From Takakia lepidozioides (taxonomy: Eukaryota; Plantae; Bryophyta): a DNA stretch of 64,000 nucleotides. The notes beneath the pieces were generated by a model. The model saw only the letters and a program-made list of their open reading frames with translations, made no database searches and was not told the DNA's origin. Position numbers and translations under genes: made by a program. The DNA lies in contig CM060731.1 in assembly GCA_030704615.1 (NCBI GenBank), forward strand, positions 35,898,001 through 35,962,000, in the 5' to 3' direction. Positions 24,255 through 34,999 of the stretch are shown here, piece after piece. The first letter of the stretch is position 1, and each line of letters begins with the position of its first letter.

Positions 24255-27200
24255 CACTAGAAGAGAAACCGGCTTTTTCCACACTTTTTGCTGTGGAATC
24301 AGCCGCACTCCGCACCTGCCGTGGGTGTAAGAAACGACTAGTGTTTTCAGACACCCCGTGGACGGCCTGGCTCTCGGGTGGCCCTGTGGAAAAGTCCACG
24401 GGCGGCTTTTTCCACGGGAGGCTTTTCCACGGGTGGCTTTTTTCACGGGGTGCATGGTGACATGGCCGATGGCATAGCTGACATGGCAGAGTGTGAAAAA
24501 TGCCAGTGTGGCATGTTTCACGGCGGATTTCACACCTTGAACAAGCCACTATGCGACACGTATCATATTTCACACCTTTGACAAGTCACTATGCAACACG
24601 TGTTCATTCTTGTGTGGTGGTACGCATTAATTAATTATTAATTGATTTCCAATATTAAGTTTGAATATTAATGGATTTAATTTATTGTTATTATTATTAT
24701 AGGGAAAATGGACAGTGGCCTTGATGAGAACATTATTAAATAATAAAATATTGAAATTATATTTTTTTAAATTATATTTATTCGCGCCTCCATCCGCGCC
24801 CTCACTGTGCATATCCTGCAATCATCGCACTCCACGACACCACATCTCGTTCCACCATACTGTCGAACACTTCCCTTACATCCTCGATGCACCCACATTT
24901 GGCATACATGCAGTACACTAGGGCAGTGTTCTGAATGACATTGGGTACAATTCCAGATTTGACGATGTCACCATGGACCTCTTTGCCCTTTTCTAGAGCT
25001 CACAGGCTTGCACATGCATTACAAACAAATGTGATGTGGTTGGGCTTCACTCCTTCGTGCAGCAGTTGCTCATAGGTCTCCAAAGCATTCCTACTACACC
25101 CATGCTTGGTAACTCCTGCCAACATTATATTCCACGTGATCAAAGATCGTTGAGGCATTCTGTTGAACACTTGGTGAGCATCCATGATGCTACCGCAATT
25201 AACATACATGGAGACAATGGTGTTGAGTAGAAAAATATTTGGCGTGAATCCACTTTGGATTATGCAAGTGTGCACTTGTTTTCCAGCTTCCAGACCTTCC
25301 ATCTTGATGCACTTAAGCAAGAGACAGACATACGTACCTTGATCTGCTGAAATGCCTCATTGGTTTAAAGTTTGTAGAGCCTCTGTTAGTCTGCCTGTCG
25401 CAAAGCATCTTCACATGCTCAGAAGTGCCAGAAGAGGCATTGTGGACTCCCTCTCTTGATCCTCTTTCAGAAGTTGTGGTCATGGTTGAGGTGCCTGGTT
25501 TTATCAACTGTGCCGCTGCAGCTGCAGCCTTTAGTTGACCATCTACCCATGCAAGTTTCTTGTAGCTATTGATCCACAGGGAATCACATCTGGTACAATT
25601 CCAGCTTTGGCGATGCAACCATGCACCTCTTTACCTTTTTCCAGGGCTACCAGGCTTGCACACTCACTGCAAACACACACAAACCTGATGTGGTCGGGCT
25701 TCACCCTTCCCCAATCCTTTGCTCATAGGTCTCCAAAGCCTCCATCTCATGCCTCTGCTGTGCATACCCTGCAAGCATCGCATTGTACGACACCACATCT
25801 CGTTCAGCCAGAGTGTGGAAAACTCCCTTCGCATCTTGAATGCACCCACATTTGGCAAACATGTCTACCAAGGCAGTGTTCAAGATCTGACATCTAGTAC
25901 AATTCCAGCTTTGACAATGTCACCATGGACCTCTTTCCTCTTTCCTCTTTCCCAGAGCTGTCGAACACTCCCTCATACATGTCCACAAGGGTATTGTTCA
26001 TAATGACATGTGGTACAATTGCAGCTCTAACAATGTCGCCATGGACCTCTTTGTTGTTCTCCAGAGCTGCCAGGCTTGCACACGCATTGCAAGACCCTCC
26101 ATCTGATAATTTTACTATAGAGTTAAAAGAGCAAAAGACAAACTAGGGCTTTATCACCAAACATTCAGGGACGAGTCTAATGAGAGGGCAAAGGGGGCAG
26201 AAATAGGTTGAAGAAGAAGGTGCCCTCATTACATTGTGGACTTGACCTTGTGTCATGATCCATGGAGGTTATGACCGATCACCAACCCAAAAGGACCTCT
26301 GGTGTGTGCTGCTTGTGTCTGTACAGTCAGGTAATGTTGGATTGGTCCGTGAGAACCACCACGGTGCAGCTGAGCGAGTAGAGATTGAAACATGGTTTGC
26401 CAAGACCAAGCTGATTCTCCCAAGAACCTTGTAAACATTAGGAAGAATACCAAAGCATGGTGCTAACAGGAGCCAAAAGCCCACATTTGTAGGAGGGACA
26501 AACTTTTTTACATCCTACATTAAGAAAAAGCCACACCTTGCAATTACGATTGTTATCGTGAAGAAATTCATGCCAACTCTGCTTCGTGTTGCAAATTCAG
26601 GTCCGAGTGTGATGAGAGGGCAAAACAGGCTGAAATAGGTCAAAGAAGAAAATGCCCTCACCACATTGTCCTCGACCTTGTGTCATGACCCATAGAGGAT
26701 TTGACTGATCATGAACCCAAGAGGATCTCTTGTGTGTGCTGCTTGTGTCTGTAGTCTGGTAATGTCGGATTGGTCAGTGAGAACCACCACGGTGCAGTTG
26801 AGCGGGCAGAGATTGAAACACAGCCTGCGTTAGGGTTCAATCTGTCCGACATCATTTCCTCGTACGTCTCCAAAGCCTTCATACCACACTGCGATCATTG
26901 CATTCCACAACACCACATCTTGGCAGCCATTTCGTCGAACACGCCCTACGCATCCTTTGAAGACTCATGGTTGTTGTCCCACCATCGTAAAGGGTAAAAC
27001 TCATGCCAGCTCTGCTCCGTGCTGCAAATTCAAGGCCGAATATGATAAGAGGGCAAAACAGGATGAAATAGATCGAAGAAGAAGATGCCCTCACCACATT
27101 GTCCTTGAGTTCCTCCTATTACGATGCTTAGCACTAAGAAGACCGGACCCCAAAAAACGCTAAGTCCCAACCCTGCACACCACGACCTAGCAGCCCTAAA

Positions 27201-28204
27201 TTCGAGCCAACTTTTGAAGTTTTTGAACGTTTTGCACCCTAACATTATATAAAATAATTATATGGTCCATGTAATTATGTGAAGGTATTTTTAGCTATAT
27301 ATTTGTTAGGGTGCAAAACGTATATATATAACAAGGTACAAAGGCCCTGGTTAATTTATTTATTGGGTAAGGTTCATAGTCATGAAATGAGTGGTTAAAA
27401 CAACTATTTCTATCTAATACTAATTTATATATTTCAATTTACATGAATTTAAAATATAATTGTGGAGTTGCTAATGAAGTTGTTGAAACCACTTACAATT
27501 TAAAATAAATCACCTTGTATAGAGACTCACCATGCTACCCACCTACACCTGGGTTTCCTTTTTGGTCTCTTGTTAAAATTCTATGGATTTTTTCGAAATA
27601 TTCTGGTATTTTCTTTGATGTGTGAGATGACAAAGTCCAAGCATGTCACATAAACAAGGAGTTCAATGCAAGGATGATGCAAGTGATTTGTGGCAAAAAG
27701 TGTAAATCATGCCTATACCTGTTTGTCCTAGTTATGCCATAGGTTGCAACAGAACGGGCCACCTTTAAATGCAATCCCCATGCTCATTTCACCAAGGGCA
27801 TTATAGACTTCATAATGTAGAGATTGAAAATGGGGTATAGCAGGGGGTGATTCTTCACTTGCTAGTAGCCCATCGTGCAGATTTCTAAACATGAACATGA
27901 AGCTCATGATCATTTTTCAAAGGCATCATTCTCAAACTCCCCATACACGACAATATGGAAATTTTATGGTCTCATTTCACACATGTATGTAACATGCCCA
28001 TGTAAACTAAGCCAACTCCCGTCACGCTCATGGCTGTTTTCACACCGTTCTTGCCTCGGGTGTGGATCACATGTGAGACACCCCACAGTTAGGGCATATT
28101 TTAACCCACACATTGGCTCATTCTATAGACACGTGATAAAAGCCGTGGAATGTGTCAGGTGTGAGATGGCATACCCGTGGAAAAAGCCGGTTTCTCTTCT
28201 AGTG
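24255..28204. mobile_element. Non-autonomous CACTA (Pack-CACTA) element carrying gene fragments
   Basis: 28-bp TIRs CACTAGAAGAGAAACCGGCTTTTTCCAC / GTGGAAAAAGCCGGTTTCTCTTCTAGTG, with CCACGG/CCGTGG subterminal repeats. Flanks are GTT / TTT (imperfect 3-bp TSD). No transposase is present. Confidence 0.82.
24820..26960 (-). pseudogene. PLS-PPR gene fragments (about 24820-25510, 25570-26095 and 26865-26960)
   Basis: Broken frames: GKQVHTCIIQSGFTPNIFLLNTIVSMYVNCGSIMDAHQVFNRM; NTALVDMFAKCGCIQDAKGVFHTLAERDVVSYNAMLAGY; TSERGSREGVHNASSGTSEHVKMLC, which resembles the N-terminal linker of the 17046 gene. Confidence 0.9.
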
Positions 28205-29095
28205 TTTTGTTTTGTTTGTTTTGTTTGTAGCGTCATTGAGATCCCCCAAACCACGGGGCCCAGCCCCGGTGCTTGGTGCCATTGGAAAGCCCTCGATGAG
28301 GAGGGGTGCATCGGCTTGGCTCATGATTTTTGGACCCGCGGTGTGGGAGATATCAAATTTCAAGTACTTTTGGTCTCTGAAAATTCGGGAAAAATAGCAA
28401 AGTGGGCTTTCCTGGCCGAGCAGTGATTGGCCCTTCATGTCTAAGATTTGGAATTTCAAGTACTTTTGGTCGCTGGAAATTTGTGAAAAATAGCAAAGTG
28501 GATATATCAATATATTAAGCCTTGACAGAGGAGATTGTAAAATAGCAAAGTGGGCTTTGCTGAAACAATGACATGGAGATCTCCCAAACTGCAGGGTCTC
28601 TAGATACGTAGGGCATTGCACTTTGACTTAGATTTCATTGGATACTTGGGTCAACGGCACATGCTACCAACACATAATTTCAAGTACTTTTGGTCGCTGG
28701 AAATTCGTGAAAAATAGCAAAATGGCTTTCCTGGAACAATGACGTGGATATCTCCCAAACTACAGGATCTCTGGATACACAAGGGATTGCACTTGGACTT
28801 AAATGACACTAGACACTTGGGCCAACGGCAGAGGCTACCCTAGTATATATAACCAAATAGATAACTGCAGGGTATTAGAGAGGTCCAATTTAAATAACCG
28901 ACCAACACTGGACTTTACCTGGCGTGTAAAGACCACCACTGAATTTTTGACCCATGTCTACAAATACGAGATTAAACGGGTCTAGAAATCGGTATTCTCT
29001 GCCATGGCACTACCCGCAATCCATGATGAGGGTGACTCTGTCCAGTTATGTCCCTCAAATAACAAAGACGGGAATTCAAACCGCATTTATGTACT

Positions 29096-29226
29096 ATGGA
29101 ATGGTCCAGGCAGAGGACATGCGTAGTTTGTTGCCCATTTGGATATTTGTCTCGCCCTGATGGGCTCACCAAATATCCTCACAGTCATCTCACCAGGCAG
29201 AATGTCCTCTGCCTGGACCATTCCAT
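29096..29226. repeat. Hairpin/MITE with perfect 25-bp arms
   Basis: ATGGAATGGTCCAGGCAGAGGACAT (29096-29120) has its exact reverse complement at 29202-29226. Confidence 0.85.
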
Positions 29227-29567
29227 GGAGTAATTATTTGTAGATAGCAAGTTCTGTCCGCGCCCTTTTAATTTGGGCAGCCCGTCATTTCAGTTTGGGC
29301 AGCCTGTCAAAGCCATAACGGGCAAGCACGGTCCACACGCAAGTAAGATACCTAAAAAGCGGTAGAACTTGCGATCTACTACCTAATAATTATTATTTTC
29401 TTCTACCCGTTTATTTAGAGTATTTTTGTTTGTTTTTTATGTGTTGGTGAAAACTCGTAAAATCGTTGGATTTTAGTTCAAATATGTGAATACACTGCTA
29501 TTTAATCTCCCGGACTGATAAAATATTTTAAATCTAATTAAATTAAACAAAATATATTCTTATAATA

Positions 29568-29774
29568 GAACCGGAACCTAACCTGGAACCGATGGTTTTT
29601 ATCAGCAACTAACTGGTAACTGAAACCGCCCCCATGTTTAAAAGTTGGATCCGGAACCGGACCGGTACCGGCTCAATAAAAAAAAATCAGAACCGGATCC
29701 GGAACCGTCTCTTGAAATAATTGTGGAACCGGAACCGAAGGTTCCTTCACAAATGCAAGAACCGCCCAACACTG
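29568..29774. mobile_element. Right end of a CAGTGTTGG-TIR (hAT-like) MITE with GAACCG subterminal repeats
   Basis: Multiple GAACCGG motifs end in ACCGCCCAACACTG, the same terminus family as 28910. Confidence 0.55.
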
Positions 29775-31180
29775 GTAATATCCTCATTTATGGCATGCAC
29801 AAGAAGTTGAACTCCAGACCTAAAGTCCAAACAAAACTGGCTGTGACCATGAAAATGTTCATCAAGGGGATGTCATTCATTAAAAATATGGACAGAATAT
29901 TCTGGTGGCAACTGTCTCGATCAATTGGAAGCGTAATTGAATGTATCGGTGGTAAAGCAACCCTTTCCGTAGTTCTGCCTTAGGAAGGCAAGGCCAATAA
30001 ATTACAGTGCAATTTTTGAATTAGCATGCTATACCTTAATTGAATTCAAATTAGAGGGAGATCATGGAGTATCAAGGCAGTATCATATGCATGGTGGTTA
30101 TGATGTGTGTCCTTATGGAGATTAGTTAGAAGTTGTCACATGTTGGCAGATCACATGAAGCCACATTTTTACATATTAAATTTGAGATTTACATAATATC
30201 TCATATATGAAGAACTAATAAAATAATGTAATAACTTAATGCAGCACTGTACGCGATTCCTCAAGATTGGAGTGACACCCGACATTGCAGCGACAAAGAA
30301 CAAAGTGACATAGAAATATTACGGGATGACATGGAATAGAGTGTTACTTCAATTGGTACCTAATCGATATAACTCATGAAATTTGACTAAGTAAAAAAAG
30401 TAAAAAAAAGAAGTAGTAATCATATACCAGGGCAACACATCAAACACTGCAACTCTTAAATTTTAAGAAAAACGCTGCAACTTGTAGCTACCATCACCAT
30501 CACCTTATCAACAAACTTCTTGTCATTACTCAACAATCACTAGCATTCTCAAATATGTAAGTCAGGGGTAAGAGGGGGTGCTGGAGGGCATGCCGGAAGG
30601 AGATCGGAAAAGCCAACGATACCGAAACTAGCGAAACTTGAAAGCAGCATCAAATCGTCAACTTGCATTAAAGTTTATTGTCTTTCCTCATACATATGTT
30701 TATATATCATTATTACATATTATTATATTTCATTACATATGTTCCATAATGATATATAAACATATTATATATCATTATTACATAGAAAACAAATCATTAT
30801 ATATATATATATATAGCACAGTGAAAGTTAAAAGTTTTTATCGACTCAATGGCCACTTTTATTTTATGTGACTATTTGTAATTAAAATGACTATCAATGG
30901 TAGCTTCCAACACAATTTTAAGTAAATCTGGACTAAAGTTTGGTCCAGAAATAAGGAGAAATATCTGAATATGTATTTTTTTAATCATTGAAATGAATTT
31001 AAATGGATCATTTTAAATATAAATATAAAGATATAAATAATTGTTTGTCTATTAATATATAATATGAGCAATAAAGAAACATTATGTATAAACTTCAGGA
31101 GAAAAAACAGTTTCTATTTGGCTCATAAAGCAAGTTCCACTGTTCACTCGACATTTAGTAAGAGTTGAATGAGATACCAA

Positions 31181-31400
31181 CAGTCAATAGCTCAGTTGGT
31201 GAAGTGCACTGAGTGCCACCTAGATGATTATGGGGTCAAATCTTACTACTGACGAGTGTGGTATGTTCCTGGGTGGTGTCCCATTCCAATGCCACACGGC
31301 GGGGTTACTGTGAAAGAGGTTATACTATTAAGGGGGCCTGATTTGTGAGCTGTCGCTCCCAGGTGTTTCCATTACATTAAAAAAAAAATTAAAAAAAAAA
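31181..31400 (+). mobile_element. tRNA-derived SINE
   Basis: Pol III A box TAGCTCAGTTGG (31188-31199) and B-box-like GGGTCAAATC (31233-31242), followed by a unique body and an A-rich tail (31379-31400). The cloverleaf is degenerate, so it is not a tRNA gene. Confidence 0.7.
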
Positions 31401-32412
31401 TGTGTCGGGTAATAACTCGCTTCATGATCCGCGGCCTGATGGATGATTGGAGCACCATTCATATTCGTGACCGCGACTGAGCTTGTGAAAGCCGTTACTA
31501 TGTAACATACAAGACAAATCAATCAAATATGTGAGCAAAACATGGCACAATGACACAATACCATGAAATGAAATGAAATGAAAGACAATGGGGAGACATT
31601 GATGATAAACAACCAGGTTTTATTTCAGAACCACGTCAATTTGAGTAAGTCTCGCCTCATGTGACATGGACCAATACAAGTAACATAAACCATGTCAATG
31701 AGAGTATCAACTTCTAGAATGAGGGCTGCACTCCGTTAGCACAAGACGATGTCGGTCGATGTCGGTCGATGTACTTACGATGAAAATATTTTGAGGAAAG
31801 TCATTTCCCAAAATCACGATATTTTGACAAGGTTGGAAAAACCATTTTCAAATTTGTATTCTTTTATTGTTCCGAATGTTTTTGTCAGCAGAAGATGGAA
31901 GAAGTCCCTGAAATGTTGTCTCGAGAATCGTTGATATGGTGATGACCTCACAAAAAATATCCTCCAATATTACCCAACCAACAATGTCTTGTGCGACCGA
32001 AGTTCAGCTGTACTTCTTGAAGAATTGGTGGTCTTGCAGACTTTCAGTGAATCGCGAAGATGATGAATTACTCGTATGCTTTTCAAAACATAATGTCCAA
32101 GTAACTGACCCTGGAGTAAGATACTGAAAGTATCCAATTGGGGACTAGGTATGCTGCTCGTATGCTTCTGGAGAGTGGCTCGGTGGCGAGTACGTTGATG
32201 GAGAGAATGACATTTTCTGTGAAATCTTCAAGGAAATAGTGTCGGGTGACCAGTCAAGGTTCATCTGTGACGGGCTGTGGTACTTCTGACGATTTACTGT
32301 AAAGCACTCATAAGCTGATCACCAACTAAATAATCTCCAACTGACTAACCACCAACTAACTGATTGGAGCTGTCACAAGCAATGTCAAAAAAATTATTTA
32401 CTGCTAAGTGTT

Positions 32413-33635
32413 TGTTAGAGGGCTGCTTGGGACTTAGACGCTTTTACGGGTTCTGTGGGGTACCCTTAATTTTTGCGCAGACTGAGACCAACAGGAGCCT
32501 TAAAGGTGGCAGCAGCAGGCTTTAAGGGGGTTACACAGCCAACACAGCCCGACACAGCCTTACACAGCCAGTCACAACTCGGCACAGCTTGACACAGCCT
32601 GTCACAGTACATGGGGAACAGTTATCATTGACAGGGAACGACTGTGAGGGAACGACATCTGTAGAAGGAACGTGTTACTTCAGGGATGACGGTTAATTAG
32701 TTAGGTGGTTAGAACAGCTTGGGGGCAGATAAGGAGAGCGGCAACGAAAAGAAGGACACTTCACGGGGAGCGCTTCTGGGTCATGGGAAGAGGAGATCAG
32801 GCGGAGAGCAAGAAGGAGAGCATGTTAGAGGGCTGCTTGGGACTTAGACGCTTTTACGGGATCTGTGGGGTACCCTTAATTTTTATACAGACTGAGACCA
32901 ACAGGAGCCTTAGGGGTGACAGCAACAGGCTTGAAGGGGGGAGATACACAGCTTGACACAGTCCATCACTGTCCAACACAACCGCCACAGTCACCACAGC
33001 CGTCACAGCTTCGCACAGCCAACACAGCCCGTCACAGTCCGACACAGCCGACACAGCCCAACACAGCCAGTCACAGCCCGACACAGCCGCCACAGCTTCG
33101 CACAGCCCTACACAGCCCGCCACAGCCTGATACAGCCAGTCACAACTCGGCACAGCTAGGGAACAGTTATCATTGGCAGAGAACGACTGTGGGGGAACGA
33201 CATCTGAAAAAGGAACGTGTACTACAGGGATGACGGTTAGTTAGGAAAGCGGTTAGAATAGCTTGTAGGTAGAAAAAGCGAAGAGCGGGGACGTCTGGGG
33301 ATCACTTCTTGGGGGGGGGACTTCTGGCATCACGGCTTGGAAATGAAGGGAAGAGCGCATCTCTGAGTGGAAAGATGGAGAGCACGGAGTAGGAGAAGAG
33401 ACGATCTGTTGATACTTGATGAATGCAAGCTGTAGAATTGTAATGTAGAGTAGATTAGAGACACCATGGCTTCAGCCTGATACTTGATAGATATTAATCT
33501 GATACATACTTCATACTCACACTGTGTAGAGAGACCTGAGTGAAGCTGTGGAATGAATGGATGAGCGGAAGGAATCTGATAGATTTCTGAAGCAATATGA
33601 TACTTAATTGCAGACAGTAAGGTAACTCGCTAACA
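32413..33635. mobile_element. Two tandem LTR-like copies (truncated 32413-32822; complete 32823-33635) with an internal ACAGCC minisatellite
   Basis: Both start TGTTAGAGGGCTGCTTGGGACTTAGACG. The second ends CTAACA (TG..CA with a 6-bp inverted end). (G)ACACAGCC repeats at ~32945-33157. No TSD found. Confidence 0.65.
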
Positions 33636-34170
33636 TGAACGCGGGAAGGAGTACAAATAGGAAACACCCCCATGATACACTAGCTGTAGGTCATGACTGA
33701 TTGTTCTGAGCGGGCTGAGTGCTTAGAGATTTCCAACTCTTCTATCTTGGAGTTCCCACCTCGGATAGCGTGTTTGGTTTGGCCAAGAGCTTGTCTTGAT
33801 AAGGCAAGACTTCAGAAAATTGTGCGCATGTGCTGGCAAAGATGGCCACTGTAGACCATGCCCAGGGGAAAGCTCTGGGTAGAACAGGCCAAGGGTCCAA
33901 ATTTGAAGATACATGTACACGTACTGAAAGTAGACCAGGCCGTCTTCAAATGGACGACTCTTTATCTGAGAATGGTCTTGCATATGACAACAGAAAGTTG
34001 CATCAACAGGGCTGTTGCCGGTGAGACAGGTGCTTGTGGAGTAGTTGTTCAGAGCCTCTGTGGGGGTGAATGTATTGGAATGGGACGATGTTGTGCTGCC
34101 TAGCTTCCCCAGTTGGGCTTCCGTCAGTTGCTGGTTCAACCACCTGCACCCAATACCAGGAACACCTCTA

Positions 34171-34539
34171 TCAAGACTCCTGGGCGTTCAAAATTGCACT
34201 GACAAGTTTTCTTGGGCAGCATTTGTGGGGTTCTTTCAATCTGTCCTCCTTTTTCTCTTCCTCCTTGGAGGCAGCTTCTACTGCAGCCCCACTTCCGGCA
34301 GCGGGTGCACTGCTCACAGCCACAGCGCCGCCACCTCCTGATCCAACATTGATGATGAGGTCATCAACACTTCTCTTCTCCAATAGCTTGGCGAACAGAG
34401 CGGGCCAGTATGACTCCTCTTGCACATTGGCGGCCTTCACTAGCGTTGCAATCTTGTCGGCAATGATGGGAATGTCGTCATCATGTAAAATCAGAGCAGC
34501 GTAAGTGCAGGCAAGCTCGTTGTGCGCCACGGCGGCCAT
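34171..34539 (-). pseudogene. RPP1: Intronless, 3'-truncated 60S acidic ribosomal protein P1 copy
   Basis: [60 protein letters not shown], then an unrelated tail. The universal C-terminal SDDDMGFGLFD-type motif is missing. Confidence 0.85.
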
Positions 34540-34999
34540 CGCTTCTCAACAAGACGCCGCACTCGAGAATCCAGACAAAGAGAATCCAGAGAGCAGGGGC
34601 TGCCAAGCGTGTGCCTGCGAAGGAGGATCCCAGCGCAACCTCTGTTGGTAGATTGCAATTCCACCATTTCGGGCACTTGTAGGGCACGGTATTTTGACCT
34701 TGTTGGGAACCTGCAGTGAATCGCAAAAAAAAACGTGGGAACAGTTTTTAATGGCGAGAACGTTTTGGTGTTTAAAAAAAAAAACCTTTTGATCTAATTT
34801 AAATGATGTAGAGCCTAATTGGTCATAACTTTGTCAGATGGACTCCGTTTGACTCAGTTTTTGGGGGGATAGTTGCAGAAAGGGGAAATCTACCCATCTA
34901 GACCTGTTTTTTTTTTTTTTTTTTTTTTTTTGGGACTCTGCTAAAAATCTATGGAATTTTTAGAGTGTTAGTATGCCATGAAAGATCCACAATTCTATT

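Larger units (their letters stand above)
23913..28844. mobile_element. Nested element bounded by ~57-bp inverted CTAG-terminated ends (two outward-facing Helitron-like 3' ends, or one long-TIR element)
   Basis: ACTAGGGTAGCCTATGTCGTTGGCCCAAGTGTCC..AAGTCCAAGTGCA (23913-) is inverted at 28788-28844 and both ends abut ATATAT. Internal extra copies lie at ~24118 and ~28615-28670. Confidence 0.6.
23625..28910. mobile_element. Non-autonomous hAT-type element (MITE) expanded by nested insertions
   Basis: TIRs TAGTGTTGGCCCGTTATTT (23625) and AAATAACCGACCAACACTG (ending 28910). Perfect 8-bp TSD GACTTTAC at 23617-23624 and 28911-28918. Confidence 0.85.

Noticed and set aside
31181-31255. tRNA gene
   Set aside because: Stems and B box are degenerate, and a body plus A-tail follows, which fits a SINE.
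32854-33233. Low-complexity ORFs (TQP/HSR/AVS-rich)
   Set aside because: These are translations of the ACAGCC minisatellite within an LTR-like repeat.
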